Assembly: GCA_963663095.2 (NCBI GenBank)
Contig: CAXXJB010000001.1
Location: forward strand, 1,355,203-1,379,202
DNA length: 24,000 nucleotides
Source: Arenicellales bacterium
GTDB taxonomy: Bacteria; Pseudomonadota; Gammaproteobacteria; Arenicellales; JAJDZL01
Direction of reading: 5' to 3'
A program made the position numbers and the translations under genes. The notes under the pieces are model-generated. The model saw nothing but the letters and a program-made list of their open reading frames with translations, was not told the DNA's origin and did no database searches. Each line of letters opens with the position of its first letter. The first letter of the stretch is position 1. Shown one piece after another: positions 1 through 9,517 of this stretch.

Positions 1-2129
1 CCCGATACAAGCAGTTGCGCCCGGTGTCGGTTGGATATCTTCTGTATCGGGGACTGTACTATATCAAATAGCCTTATACCGGAACAGGATTGACTCCTCA
101 GTATACTCGCGGCATTGTCGAACGCCTGACTGAGGAATTCCAATTCTTTTCCGGCATCAGGTGAATTTGCGCGAAGCAGCGCATAGTGCGTATAAGGTGG
201 TTGTCTTGCCGCCTTTCTCTGATTCATTTCCTGCGTGGCGAAGTTGAGGTAGTCGTGTGTGAGCAAGCTCGTAAAAACCTCGTGGTCCGGAAATAATGTC
301 TGTATGTAGACATCGCCCGGCTTTTCGAATCTTCCCGCTCGGCCAGCCACTTGCAATACCTGCTGAATCATGTGCTCTGTCGCCCGAAAGTCCATGCTGT
401 AGAATCCGGAATCGACATTGAGGATGCATACCAAAGTGACATTCGGAAAGTCATGCCCTTTCGACAACATCTGCGTGCCGATGAGAATGTCCACCTCGCG
501 GTTGTGGATTCGCTGAAATTTCCGTTCAAACTCGGCATGGGATTGGGTGGTATCGCGATCGATCCGCATAACGCGTGCACCGATTATCTCGCTTCGGAGC
601 AGCTGTTCGATTCGCTGGGTTCCCTCTCCCAACTGACTGATACGGTCTGACATACAGTCAGGACATTGACTTGGCATCTCAAATCTGGCGAAACAGTGGT
701 GGCAGTGCAGTCGATGGTCAGAGACGTGATAGATCAGCTTCGCATCACAATTCGTACAATTCGCCGTCCATTTGCAGTCTGGACAAATGACCACCGGTGC
801 AAATCCACGGCGATTGATGAAAATCAGACTCTGCTCGCGGCGATGCAGTCGCTTCTCGATTTCGCTCAAAATCGGAACCGCTACCCCGTCTCTGAGGAGC
901 GACCTGTTGAGGTCGACAAGGTTCATTGACGGCATCTGGATGTTTGTTGCGCGCTCAGGTAGGTCGATCTTTTCCAGTCGGTCTTTTTGTGCGGCGAAGA
1001 CTGTCTCAATCGACGGCGTAGCCGTTCCGAAAACCAGTGGAATCTCCAATGTTGCGGCACGGTGGATTGCAACCGAACGTGCGTGATACCGCACTCGCTC
1101 CTGTTGCTTGAACGAAGTGTCATGTTCTTCATCGACAACAATGATTGCGAGTTTACTGAATGGAATGAAGACCGCTGATCGTGTTCCGATCACGACTTTC
1201 GCATCTCCGGTACGCGCACCCCACCAGGTCTTGTGTCGCTGTGCGTCTGTCATCCCGGAGTGAAAACACGAAGCTGTGACACCCAGTGCGCGACTGACAC
1301 GCTGCTCAAGCTGTGGAGTCAGTCCGATTTCCGGAACCAGCAACAAGGCTTGTCCGCCTTTGCGGAGAACCTTGTATATGGTGTGAAGATACACTTCTGT
1401 CTTGCCGCTGCCTGTGACACCGTGAACCAGGAAACACCGGTAGATGTCCAGTGCGCCAGCAATCTTTTCGACAGCCAGGGCCTGAGCATCTGTAAGATCC
1501 TGAATCAGTTCCGTGTGATCCGAATACTCGGAGCTCTTGAGCGGTTGTGCCTCTACCAGCTGTTTGGATATCAACTGCCGAATGGCGCTCTGCCAGCTTT
1601 TGCCTGTCTCGCAAAGTTGCACGCGGGCGACCGGTTGGGTCGCAGACTTCAGAATCTCAACGATCGCCTTTTGAACTCGCGCTCTCGAAAGCTCGCCTAT
1701 GTCAAGGTTACGGCCAATATCGGACAGAACATAACCCAATTCGATGTTTGGCTGCAGCGACTTTCCGGTACGAACGGCGTTTGGCAGCGCCGCCCAGATG
1801 ACCTCACCGATCGGTTGGTGATAGTATTGTGAGGCCCACTGCAAAGTACGAAGCAAGTCCTCGTCAATGACCGGTTCGGACTCAATCACAGAAATGATTG
1901 GTTTGATTTTGCCGGAATCGATTTTCGACTCGAGCCGCTGTTCGACGATGATGCCCAAGCGCGTTCCACGATGGAACGGAACTACAACCCGGCAGCCCAC
2001 TTTCGCTGAATCGGGCGATTCGCACTGATAGTCAAACAGGTCCATGTGGCGTATCGGTAGCGCAACCCGAACAAAGTGCTGATTTTCGGATTTCGAACTT
2101 TGCGATAAAATTTCGTTCAACTCGTTCAT
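1..2129 (-). CDS. priA: Primosomal protein N' / replication-restart helicase PriA; C-terminal end runs off the left window edge
   Basis: Absent from the ORF track because it has no stop in the window. The reverse complement from ATG 2129..2127 is open to position 1 (MNELNEILSQSSKSENQHFVRVALPIRHMDLFDY...). An in-frame upstream stop lies at 2153..2151. Walker A HGVTGSGKTEVY lies near 1398-1430 and the DEEH box at 1122-1133. A Cys-rich zinc region CPDCKW..C..C....HCHHC....CPDC spans about 650-795, and QVAGRAGR lies near 335-360. The listed plus-strand ORFs at 351-1832 are antisense shadows. Confidence 0.93.
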   Translation of the reverse strand, partial: MNELNEILSQSSKSENQHFVRVALPIRHMDLFDYQCESPDSAKVGCRVVVPFHRGTRLGIIVEQRLESKIDSGKIKPIISVIESEPVIDEDLLRTLQWASQYYHQPIGEVIWAALPNAVRTGKSLQPNIELGYVLSDIGRNLDIGELSRARVQKAIVEILKSATQPVARVQLCETGKSWQSAIRQLISKQLVEAQPLKSSEYSDHTELIQDLTDAQALAVEKIAGALDIYRCFLVHGVTGSGKTEVYLHTIYKVLRKGGQALLLVPEIGLTPQLEQRVSRALGVTASCFHSGMTDAQRHKTWWGARTGDAKVVIGTRSAVFIPFSKLAIIVVDEEHDTSFKQQERVRYHARSVAIHRAATLEIPLVFGTATPSIETVFAAQKDRLEKIDLPERATNIQMPSMNLVDLNRSLLRDGVAVPILSEIEKRLHRREQSLIFINRRGFAPVVICPDCKWTANCTNCDAKLIYHVSDHRLHCHHCFARFEMPSQCPDCMSDRISQLGEGTQRIEQLLRSEIIGARVMRIDRDTTQSHAEFERKFQRIHNREVDILIGTQMLSKGHDFPNVTLVCILNVDSGFYSMDFRATEHMIQQVLQVAGRAGRFEKPGDVYIQTLFPDHEVFTSLLTHDYLNFATQEMNQRKAARQPPYTHYALLRANSPDAGKELEFLSQAFDNAASILRSQSCSGIRLFDIVQSPIQKISNRHRAQLLVS

Positions 2130-2207
2130 TCTCCTGCTGACGACCGGCAATCAATCCCAATCAATTTTAGACCATCGCGCCAGACTCACCTGACTATACG
2201 TGACTTA

Positions 2208-3083
2208 ATGGACACAGCGTTTCCTCAATCTCCAGTTTGGTCAGAAATCAATTCGTGTCTTCAGGATAGAATTCGGACTGTCACACCCTTGTCGAACAGC
2301 AGTTTTACTCGTAATTTCTCCATCCAATGCGAATCCAGTCAACACTTCCTCAAATTAAGCCCCAACCACGATAGTCTGGAGGCCGAAGCTGATGGACTCA
2401 ATGCATTGTCGACCTCAGATTCGATACGCGTTCCAAGGCTCGTGGCCAGTGGCGAGGCAGAATCCATTGGATTTCTGGTCGTCGAATACCTTGTATTTCA
2501 AAATCGTGATTCAGACTTTGTCCGTCTAGGGTATGACCTGGCCAAGCTCCATCGCGCTTTTGGCACATCTTACGGGTGGCATCGCGATAATTTCCTGGGC
2601 GGCTCAATTCAGACCAACTCACTTCATCACAACTGGACTGAGTTCTTCAGGAACAATCGTTTGGGTTATCAGTTCGAACTGGCGTGCAACAACGGTTTCG
2701 GTAGCAGGTTGGAGGCATTGCGGGACCGGATACTGGACCGTGTCACAGCTATCCTCGATTCGCACAAACCTGAACCGTCGCTTCTTCACGGTGATCTATG
2801 GCAGGGTAACTATGGATTCATGGAAGGCGGAGTACCGGTTATTTTCGATCCTGCCGTCTATGTTGGAGACCGCGAAACAGATCTTGCAATGACCCGGCTT
2901 TTTGGTGGGTTTCCAAAGTCTTTCTACGAAAGCTATCAGAGGGAATGGCCGCTGCCGTCAGGCTGGGAACAGCGACAGGTCATATACAACCTATACCATA
3001 TTCTCAATCACGTGAATCTTTTCGGAGGCGGCTACCTGCGACAGGCAGAATCGATGTGCAGGCAATTGCTGAACGATATATAG
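2208..3083 (+). CDS. Fructosamine/ketosamine-3-kinase family protein (YniA-like)
   Basis: 291-aa ORF carrying the family motifs LLHGDLWQGN and DPAVYVGDRETDLAMTRLFGGF, with the typical C-terminal YNLYHILNH. Confidence 0.85.
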   Translation: MDTAFPQSPVWSEINSCLQDRIRTVTPLSNSSFTRNFSIQCESSQHFLKLSPNHDSLEAEADGLNALSTSDSIRVPRLVASGEAESIGFLVVEYLVFQNRDSDFVRLGYDLAKLHRAFGTSYGWHRDNFLGGSIQTNSLHHNWTEFFRNNRLGYQFELACNNGFGSRLEALRDRILDRVTAILDSHKPEPSLLHGDLWQGNYGFMEGGVPVIFDPAVYVGDRETDLAMTRLFGGFPKSFYESYQREWPLPSGWEQRQVIYNLYHILNHVNLFGGGYLRQAESMCRQLLNDI

Positions 3084-3091
3084 CGATATTG

Positions 3092-3622
3092 CTACCTTAT
3101 GATGTCGTCCACATAAGGCCTATTGTCGCCGGTCCTCAGACTTTCGAAATAACGTGTGAGGCTTGCTCGAACCACCGGGAAGGCCAATTCGTCCCAGGGA
3201 ATCGCATCCTCCGAAAACAATTCGACATCAAGGCTTTCCTCACCAGGCGAAAAGTCCGGGGTTTCGAGATGGGCGCGATAGATGAAATAAACCTGGCTGA
3301 CGTGGGGAATGTTATATACCGCGAACAACTCGTCAATCTGCGCCACCGCCTTCGCCTCTTCATAGGTTTCGCGCGCGGCCGCATTGTACGTGGTCTCGCC
3401 CAGCTCCATGAATCCTGCAGGAATCGTCCATAAACCATATCGCGGCTCGATCGCTCTTCGACACAATAGAATCTGATCTTCCCAATTGATTATGCAACCC
3501 GTGACAATCTTGGGATTCTGATAGTGTACAGCGTCGCAGCTGTCACAGACATGGCGCGGAAGATTATCGCCTTCGGGCACTCTCCTTGATACCGTCGCGC
3601 CACAAAGACTGCAATAGTTCAT
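3092..3622 (-). CDS. Nudix hydrolase with N-terminal zinc-ribbon (Nudix_N_2-like) domain
   Basis: Nudix box GFMELGETTYNAAARETYEEAKAV, preceded by CSLCG...C.SC and HYQNPKIV. The track ORF extends to 3718. I prefer the internal ATG at 3622..3620 (MNYCSLCG...), because the longer form overlaps the divergent gene starting at 3709. The start is uncertain and no clear Shine-Dalgarno is visible. Confidence 0.8.
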   Translation of the reverse strand: MNYCSLCGATVSRRVPEGDNLPRHVCDSCDAVHYQNPKIVTGCIINWEDQILLCRRAIEPRYGLWTIPAGFMELGETTYNAAARETYEEAKAVAQIDELFAVYNIPHVSQVYFIYRAHLETPDFSPGEESLDVELFSEDAIPWDELAFPVVRASLTRYFESLRTGDNRPYVDDIIR

Positions 3623-3708
3623 CTTTTTTGGATCCCAATAATTTGACTGACCTGATCGTGCAATACAGTATAAACCGCGATTCGTATTGACATTGAATGT
3701 CGTAGCAC

Positions 3709-4635
3709 ATGACAACATTCCTGATCATCATTCCGTTCTTTGCCGTCATCGCGTGCGGGTTTTTTGCATCGCGGCAGGGAATCATTGATTCCGCAGGACG
3801 AACGGGACTCAATCGTTTTGTCTACTATTTCGCACTACCGGTTCTGATATTTTCGCTGATGGCGCAAGCTGACCTCAGGGGGCAGTTTGAATGGACTTTT
3901 GTCGTTGCCTATCTCAGCGTGGCAGTCACGCTGTTTTTCTTATCGTTCGTTGTCGCTCGTCTAATTTTCCAGTTGGGCCGAGGCTATTCAGTGGTGTTCG
4001 CAACAGCGTGTATATACGGTAATACCGGGTATTTCGGCCTACCCTTTGTAATCATCGCTTTCGGACAGGATGCGAGCGTCCCGGTGGTGTTGTGTACAAC
4101 CATTGATCTTGCTGTCATGCTGCCGCTGGCTTCGGTGCTACTCGAAAAAACAGAACCCTCGAGCGGTGCCAGCAACATTTACACGGATTCGCTTCTGTCG
4201 ATAGTCAAGAACCCCTTGATTGTCGCGGTGGTTCTAGGTGCTCTGTTCTCATTATCGGGACTCCAGATTCCAGAGGCTGCTGATCGTTTCGTGGTGTTGC
4301 TCGGGTCAGCTGCAGCGCCTTGCGCACTGTTTGCTCTTGGCTCAAGCATCGATGAGGACCGTGCTGATTTTCTACAGGCACAGATTTTTGTCATCAGTCT
4401 GATCAAGCTGGCGATCCATCCGTTGCTTGTCTGGTTCGCCATGTATCATCTGTTTTCGGTTGACGCGGACTGGGCGAGAAGTGCTGTGATCGCAGCGTCC
4501 ATGCCGGTCGCAGTGACTGCGTATATTCTCGCTCAGCAATACAACACCTACATCGCACGCACTTCTGCTTCCATTCTTCTGTCAACTGTGGTTTCTGTCG
4601 CAACTCTGGCATTCATTCTGACGCAGGTCACCTGA
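3709..4635 (+). CDS. AEC (auxin efflux carrier) family membrane permease
   Basis: 308-aa polytopic hydrophobic protein of about 10 hydrophobic segments. The N-terminus IIPFFAVIACGFFASRQGII....LNRFVYYFALPVLIF is typical of the AEC/Mem_trans family. Confidence 0.75.
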   Translation: MTTFLIIIPFFAVIACGFFASRQGIIDSAGRTGLNRFVYYFALPVLIFSLMAQADLRGQFEWTFVVAYLSVAVTLFFLSFVVARLIFQLGRGYSVVFATACIYGNTGYFGLPFVIIAFGQDASVPVVLCTTIDLAVMLPLASVLLEKTEPSSGASNIYTDSLLSIVKNPLIVAVVLGALFSLSGLQIPEAADRFVVLLGSAAAPCALFALGSSIDEDRADFLQAQIFVISLIKLAIHPLLVWFAMYHLFSVDADWARSAVIAASMPVAVTAYILAQQYNTYIARTSASILLSTVVSVATLAFILTQVT

Positions 4636-4787
4636 CTTCGCACGTCGACCCGCGCAGTCCAAACTATGCAGTTATCATATTATTGACTAAGGGAAGGCAG
4701 TGACTTGTCTCAACGTCAATTCTCTCGGCTCATTCGCCTTTACAAATTTTTTCAATTCGACACCTTCCTGACATAGGAATTTCGGAC

Positions 4788-5525
4788 ATGAATCTTCTGG
4801 TTGATATCGGCAATCAATACGCCAAATGGTCGTTTGGAGACAAGCAGGGATCCTTCGAATCATCACCGCCATCCTCGCTTGAACTGTGCTTTAAGGAACA
4901 GCTGCTTCCGCTTGACGGTGTAACAGCAATATATTTTGTCAACGTCGCAGGGAGGGAGGCATCCGAGAAATTCAGAAATTGGATATGGTCGGTATGGAAC
5001 CTGGACCCGGTTGAAATACTCCCTCAGTCGGAACAATGCGGTGTCAAAAACCGCTATCGACAAATCCATCAGCTTGGCGCTGATCGATGGGCGGCAGCCA
5101 TCGGTGCCTGGCACGTCACTCGAACCGCAACGGTTTTCGTCGACTGCGGTACAGCCATTACGGTCGATGGATTATCCGAATCAGCAGAATTTATTGGTGG
5201 GTCCATTATGCCTGGCAAGCAATTAGCTAAAGAATCTCTTTATCGCCGGGCACCTGGAATCAGTGAAACATCCGGCCAGATGCCCACCGGCATACCGGCG
5301 CGTGCGACTGTAGAGGCCGTTTCCACCGGTGTAATATTCTCGTTGGTGGGTGGAATCGAGATACTGGTCGACAAGTATCGTGAAATCACCGGCGAATCTT
5401 CAAGACTGCTGATCACTGGCGGCGACGCGCAAATCATTCAGAAACATTCCTCGAAGCAGTACGAATATGTACCGAACCTCGTGTTGGAGGGACTTTCGAA
5501 GATCGCTGACTCGGCTCATGGATGA
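4788..5525 (+). CDS. coaX: Type III pantothenate kinase
   Basis: MNLLVDIGNQYAKW (phosphate-1 DxGNT-like), GADRWAAAIGAW, VFVDCGTAITVD, IMPG and the LITGGDA motifs match the CoaX/Bvg accessory factor family. Confidence 0.88.
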   Translation: MNLLVDIGNQYAKWSFGDKQGSFESSPPSSLELCFKEQLLPLDGVTAIYFVNVAGREASEKFRNWIWSVWNLDPVEILPQSEQCGVKNRYRQIHQLGADRWAAAIGAWHVTRTATVFVDCGTAITVDGLSESAEFIGGSIMPGKQLAKESLYRRAPGISETSGQMPTGIPARATVEAVSTGVIFSLVGGIEILVDKYREITGESSRLLITGGDAQIIQKHSSKQYEYVPNLVLEGLSKIADSAHG

Positions 5526-5600
5526 GCACCTGGTCTGAATCCATGGTCAGAAAGTCTGCCATTCGCTCTCACCATCTTGAAAAACCGGAATTGAGCAGGA

Positions 5601-6266
5601 TTATGTTTGTCTTATTCTTGGTACAGCGTATGCGACAAATGATTCTTCCACTTCGGAACAGTCAATCAGGTCGACAAAATAACACCCGTCTCCGAAATCG
5701 CACTCCGAATACCTGAAGTTTATCGAACAATATTTCCTCAAAGCCGGAACTTCGTTCAACTGTTCGGGATCCTCCTCTCGCAGATTGCCGCGAACCCGCG
5801 AATCCAAAACCAGTATATGAGGCAGAAACTCTCCTTCCATGCAAAGGCTCCCGCGCATCCTGAAAGCTGTAACACCCTTGGAGCGGAGCACCGCAGTCGC
5901 AAGTCTCGACGATAGGCCCTCACCTTCGCAATAGATTCCAGCGTTGGCGATCAGAAGGTTCGACTGCGCGGCGAACTCACTAGCCGCCACTATGCTGCGG
6001 GATATCCCCGCATCCTCATCCAATACCAGATAGGACAAATCCGCTTCCAAATTCGTGAATTGACGAACGACCTCGCGGTGGCGGATAAGATTTTCGGGCG
6101 TTGCAGCGATCAGGATTTTTTTGATGCCCGCCGCTGCCATCATTTCAATGGTAAAACATACGCGGGGAATGTCATCGACTCTTTCAGTATAGCTTCCGGT
6201 TACCGTTAAGGGCAGATAAGCCTGCGACCACCGTCCTAGTGCATATATCAATCCCTTGCAGTTCAC
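5601..6266 (-). CDS. Hypothetical protein with sugar-nucleotidyltransferase-like (RmlA/GlmU N-terminal) fold and a degenerate signature loop
   Basis: 221-aa ORF with a GTG start that overlaps the upstream stop as GTGA at 6263-6266. The N-terminus KGLIYALGRWSQAYLPLT....PRVCFTIEMMAAAGIKKILIAATPE lines up by eye with KGIILAGGSGTRLYPLT....[23 protein letters not shown] of RmlA-type enzymes. The GGxGTRL loop is not conserved. Confidence 0.4.
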   Translation of the reverse strand: MNCKGLIYALGRWSQAYLPLTVTGSYTERVDDIPRVCFTIEMMAAAGIKKILIAATPENLIRHREVVRQFTNLEADLSYLVLDEDAGISRSIVAASEFAAQSNLLIANAGIYCEGEGLSSRLATAVLRSKGVTAFRMRGSLCMEGEFLPHILVLDSRVRGNLREEDPEQLNEVPALRKYCSINFRYSECDFGDGCYFVDLIDCSEVEESFVAYAVPRIRQT

Positions 6267-7111
6267 CGAAAACCCATATAGACTGAAACCTGTTGGTCGT
6301 CCGACAGCCCGTGAAAGACGGCTCGCAGGCGGCTCAGTTCCTCAACAGACACACCGTTTGTGAGCGGACCCAGTGCGATCAGGTCATCCCGCTGAAGCAG
6401 AATCCCTCTCTGTGACAGCGCATCGCGTATTTCCAAAACGACATCGAGCGGATGAGTGGCAGCCGAATTCTGGTAATCGGAAATTGTTGATTTGTCCTGG
6501 TCGTACATCACAACTGAGTATTCAGCAAGTCGATCAACCCAGTCGACACCGGAAATAAGTTTCAATTCGCCACCGAGCACACACATTCGCACTTCGAGAT
6601 TTGCTGCAGAGGTCACTGCATGGTGGTGCGGTTTGCCATCAGCCAACAGCGCATCCGACAACCGAACGCCTGGAATAACAGACTGCAGTGCTGCCAATGC
6701 CTCCATCCTGTCGGTTGCGATATTCAGTTCATCAGAGCCAACACGAAACAGCAACTCCGCCGAAGCACGCATGTGAATACCATACGAACGGTCTATAACC
6801 GCGCGGGTACCGGTAAACATGTTTTCCAGCAAAATGCCGGTCAACGGACCTGATGCGCTGTCGCCGCTTGCCGCTGCGTATCCGACATCCATCCCCCAGG
6901 TCGGCCGCAGTAAGGCGATATAGTAATCCTGAACCGCCACAGCGAGTGCGGGACTGACATCCAAGCCGCTTTCCAGTTGGTTGGCTTTGCTAAAGGCCTT
7001 GAAAATTCGGTTCGCGGTTTCCTCCACAGAAGAGGCGGCAGAAAGGTTGCTGGCACCTGCCGTCAGCAACAGACAGGTAAACAAACATACTACGTAGAAA
7101 CGAGGCTTCAT
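6263..7111 (-). CDS. Secreted 2-keto-4-pentenoate hydratase / fumarylacetoacetate-hydrolase-fold (MhpD-like) protein
   Basis: Blocks align by eye to MhpD: AVAVQ, PLTGILLENM, ASAELLFRV, VIPGVRLSD, MCVLGG, HPLDVVLEIRDALSQRGILLQRDDLIALGPLT and VSVYMGF. I prefer the ATG at 7111..7109, which gives a Sec-type signal peptide MKPRFYVVCLFTCLLLTAGASNLSAASS. The track start at 7210 would add 33 non-signal residues and abut the divergent gene at 7214. Confidence 0.55.
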   Translation of the reverse strand: MKPRFYVVCLFTCLLLTAGASNLSAASSVEETANRIFKAFSKANQLESGLDVSPALAVAVQDYYIALLRPTWGMDVGYAAASGDSASGPLTGILLENMFTGTRAVIDRSYGIHMRASAELLFRVGSDELNIATDRMEALAALQSVIPGVRLSDALLADGKPHHHAVTSAANLEVRMCVLGGELKLISGVDWVDRLAEYSVVMYDQDKSTISDYQNSAATHPLDVVLEIRDALSQRGILLQRDDLIALGPLTNGVSVEELSRLRAVFHGLSDDQQVSVYMGFR

Positions 7112-7213
7112 GTATGAGCGGATTTTGATTTCAATCGCGGTAACCCAAAGTGATGAATTTGAATAAAATAAGGTGATACCCCAATTTATTCTTCGTTTTT
7201 TCAATGTCATGAA

Positions 7214-7840
7214 ATGATACTATCTAGCGCAGATTTTGACAATGGAGAGCAAATTCCTGAAAAGCTGGCTTTCTGCAAGCTGGACCCGGGATCCAACGTA
7301 GGGCTGTCGAACAATTGCAACCCTCACCTCAAATGGACTGGTGCCCCGGACGGGACGCGGTCATTCACACTGCTCTGTTGCGACCCGGATGTTCCAAGTC
7401 GCCCCGATGATGTCAACCAGGCAGGAAAAACTGTGCCTGCAAGTTTACCGAGAATTGATTTCTATCACTGGGTACTGGTGGATATTCCGGAATCAATCAC
7501 CGAAATTGCTTCAGCATCTCATAGCAGTGAAGTCACACCTTGCGGAAAATCGGCAGATGATGCGCCATCAGGTATGCGTCACGGAATCAATGATTACACA
7601 TTGTGGTTTTCAGGTGACAAAGATATGGGCGGTGAGTATTTTGGCTACGACGGGCCTTGCCCGCCGTGGAACGACAGTATCACGCATCACTACCACTTCA
7701 CTGTCTATGCGTTGGACATCGAAAGTCTGTCTGTCAGCGGCTCATTTACCGGACAGCAGGTTGTTGAGGCCATGCAGGGCCACGTTCTCGATCAAGCTTC
7801 GTTAATCGGCACCTATGCGCTCAATCCAGAATTACAGTAA
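7214..7840 (+). CDS. YbhB/YbcL family Raf-kinase-inhibitor-like (PEBP) protein
   Basis: CCDPDVP, FYHWVLVDIP, GINDY, YDGPCPP and HHYHFTVYALD are the PEBP family signature blocks. Confidence 0.88.
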   Translation: MILSSADFDNGEQIPEKLAFCKLDPGSNVGLSNNCNPHLKWTGAPDGTRSFTLLCCDPDVPSRPDDVNQAGKTVPASLPRIDFYHWVLVDIPESITEIASASHSSEVTPCGKSADDAPSGMRHGINDYTLWFSGDKDMGGEYFGYDGPCPPWNDSITHHYHFTVYALDIESLSVSGSFTGQQVVEAMQGHVLDQASLIGTYALNPELQ

Positions 7841-7843
7841 CCC

Positions 7844-8569
7844 GTGACCGGTTACACTCGTTACATTCTATCCGCCGCTGTTGTCTCATTGATTTGGGTG
7901 CTCACCGGTTGTGCAACGCTCTATACACCGACTGCCTGTAACGCGCTGGACCCCGAAGAATACACGGAAACACCCGATCCCTTCGAATCGGTCAATCGCG
8001 CGGTGTTTAAATTTAATCTAAGTTCAGACAAGGCCATTTATCAGCCTATCGCGAGAGCGTACAAAAAGATCACGCCCGACCCGGTAGAATCCAGTGTTTC
8101 CAGCTTTTACAGGAATCTCAAGGAACCGCGAAACATGATCTCATCTCTGTTATCGGGGAGATTGGGTATAACGGCTCAATCCGGAATACGATTTACCATG
8201 AACTCGACTGTCGGAGTGTTCGGCTTGTTTGATTTTGCAGATAAGGCAGGAATTCACTATTCGGACTACGATTTTGGTCACATGTTCGGATCCTGGGGAA
8301 TCGGTGACGGTCCCTACATTGTTTGGCCGTTTACAGGTCCGAGTAATCTGAGAGATTCTATCGGCTCTGCTACTCATCTGAATGTTACCTATGTGGAGAA
8401 ACGTATCAAGAAGTCAGAACATCAACTTTTTGTTCAAGTCGGATCTGTGGTTGACAGCAGGGCTCGCCTGCTGCCGTTCACTGACCTGCTCGAACAACAG
8501 CCGGATCCGTATCTGTTTGCACGGGAAAGCTATCGGCAATCCCGCCTGAATACAATCTGTAATCCCTAA
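7844..8569 (+). CDS. mlaA: Outer-membrane lipoprotein MlaA (VacJ), phospholipid asymmetry maintenance
   Basis: GTG start and a lipobox VLTGC. DPFESVNRAVFKFNLSSDKAIYQPIARAYKKITPDPVESSVSSFYRNLKEPRNMISSLLSG matches the MlaA core. Confidence 0.9.
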   Translation: MTGYTRYILSAAVVSLIWVLTGCATLYTPTACNALDPEEYTETPDPFESVNRAVFKFNLSSDKAIYQPIARAYKKITPDPVESSVSSFYRNLKEPRNMISSLLSGRLGITAQSGIRFTMNSTVGVFGLFDFADKAGIHYSDYDFGHMFGSWGIGDGPYIVWPFTGPSNLRDSIGSATHLNVTYVEKRIKKSEHQLFVQVGSVVDSRARLLPFTDLLEQQPDPYLFARESYRQSRLNTICNP

Positions 8570-8600
8570 AATACCTTTTTCCTTCAGATACCTGCAGGTA

Positions 8601-9416
8601 ATGGCAACTTATGCAGTCGGCGACATTCAAGGTCGCTACTACGATTTATTACGTCTGCTTGATCGCATCAGGTTCACTCCTGAGTGTGACAATCTAATCC
8701 TGCTTGGGGATTTGGTCAATCGCGGACCGAATTCTCTGGAAGTGGTCCGTTTTGCCATGTCTCACGCGTCGTCGGTCAGGACTGTGCTCGGAAACCACGA
8801 CCTTTACCTGCTTGGCGCCTTGGAAAATGTCGTCGAACCTCGCGAACGAGATTCATTCTCAAATATCTTGACCGCACCTGACCGCGAGCCAATCCTGGAG
8901 TGGATTTGCAGCCAACCCTTGGTGATAGACGAGCCGAACCTGAACATTCTCGCGGTTCATGCCGGTGTTCATCCGTTCTGGACCCATAATGATATTCTCA
9001 CATATGCAAAAGAAGTCGAACGGGTGATCGCCAGTCCCGGTCGGTCAGACTTCCTGACTCATATGCTCGGTAACAAGCCCCGTCGCTGGTCAGATTCCCT
9101 GTCCGACTGGAAACGTATACGAACTTTGGTCAACATCTTCACTCGCATGCGATATATCAAGCGAAACGGAAAACTCGACTTCAAGGAAGTCCGAACCCGA
9201 GGCAAGCAACAGAAAAATCTCATACCGTGGTTCGAGTTCCCCGGTCGAGTCAAAATCAAACCTACGGTCATATTCGGGCACTGGTCGACGCTAGGTGTCT
9301 ACCAGCAGCCCGGGATCCTTGCAATGGACTCGGGTTGTTGTTGGGGGCGATGCCTGAGCGCGGGGAGACTGGACGGCGAGTCGTTTGCGATCACCCAGGT
9401 TTCCTGTCAGAAGTAG
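8601..9416 (+). CDS. apaH: Bis(5'-nucleosyl)-tetraphosphatase, symmetrical (Ap4A hydrolase)
   Basis: MATYAVGDIQG, LILLGDLVNRGPNSLEVV, VLGNHDLYLL, FTRMRY, FGHWS and DSGCCWG align along the whole length with E. coli ApaH. Confidence 0.93.
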   Translation: MATYAVGDIQGRYYDLLRLLDRIRFTPECDNLILLGDLVNRGPNSLEVVRFAMSHASSVRTVLGNHDLYLLGALENVVEPRERDSFSNILTAPDREPILEWICSQPLVIDEPNLNILAVHAGVHPFWTHNDILTYAKEVERVIASPGRSDFLTHMLGNKPRRWSDSLSDWKRIRTLVNIFTRMRYIKRNGKLDFKEVRTRGKQQKNLIPWFEFPGRVKIKPTVIFGHWSTLGVYQQPGILAMDSGCCWGRCLSAGRLDGESFAITQVSCQK

Positions 9417-9517
9417 CCGTCATCCTGATCTGAACCCGGAATATTCGGAAATTTCATCAATTCACCTCGAACGTACATCTACAATGAACGGTTGACAACC
9501 ACCGAATCAAGAACGCA

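Noticed and set aside
351-1832. Several plus-strand ORFs of 63-199 aa in the track (for example 1233..1832, 199 aa).
   Set aside because: They lie antisense to a continuous, motif-rich priA reading frame on the minus strand. Their translations are low-complexity, Arg/Cys/Ser-rich shadow-frame products with no recognisable motifs.
2945-3433. 162-aa plus-strand ORF overlapping the end of the fructosamine kinase gene and the Nudix gene.
   Set aside because: It is out of frame or antisense relative to two well-supported genes and has no recognisable domain.
7341-7805. 154-aa ORF in an alternative plus-strand frame inside the PEBP gene.
   Set aside because: It is a same-strand overlapping frame entirely within a gene that has strong family motifs, so it is most likely spurious.
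9439-9448. GAATATTCGG occurs both at 9439-9448 and at 15321-15330, and contains the 8-bp palindrome GAATATTC.
   Set aside because: A shared 10-mer between two sites in 24 kb is well within chance expectation, and there is no extended similarity around either copy.
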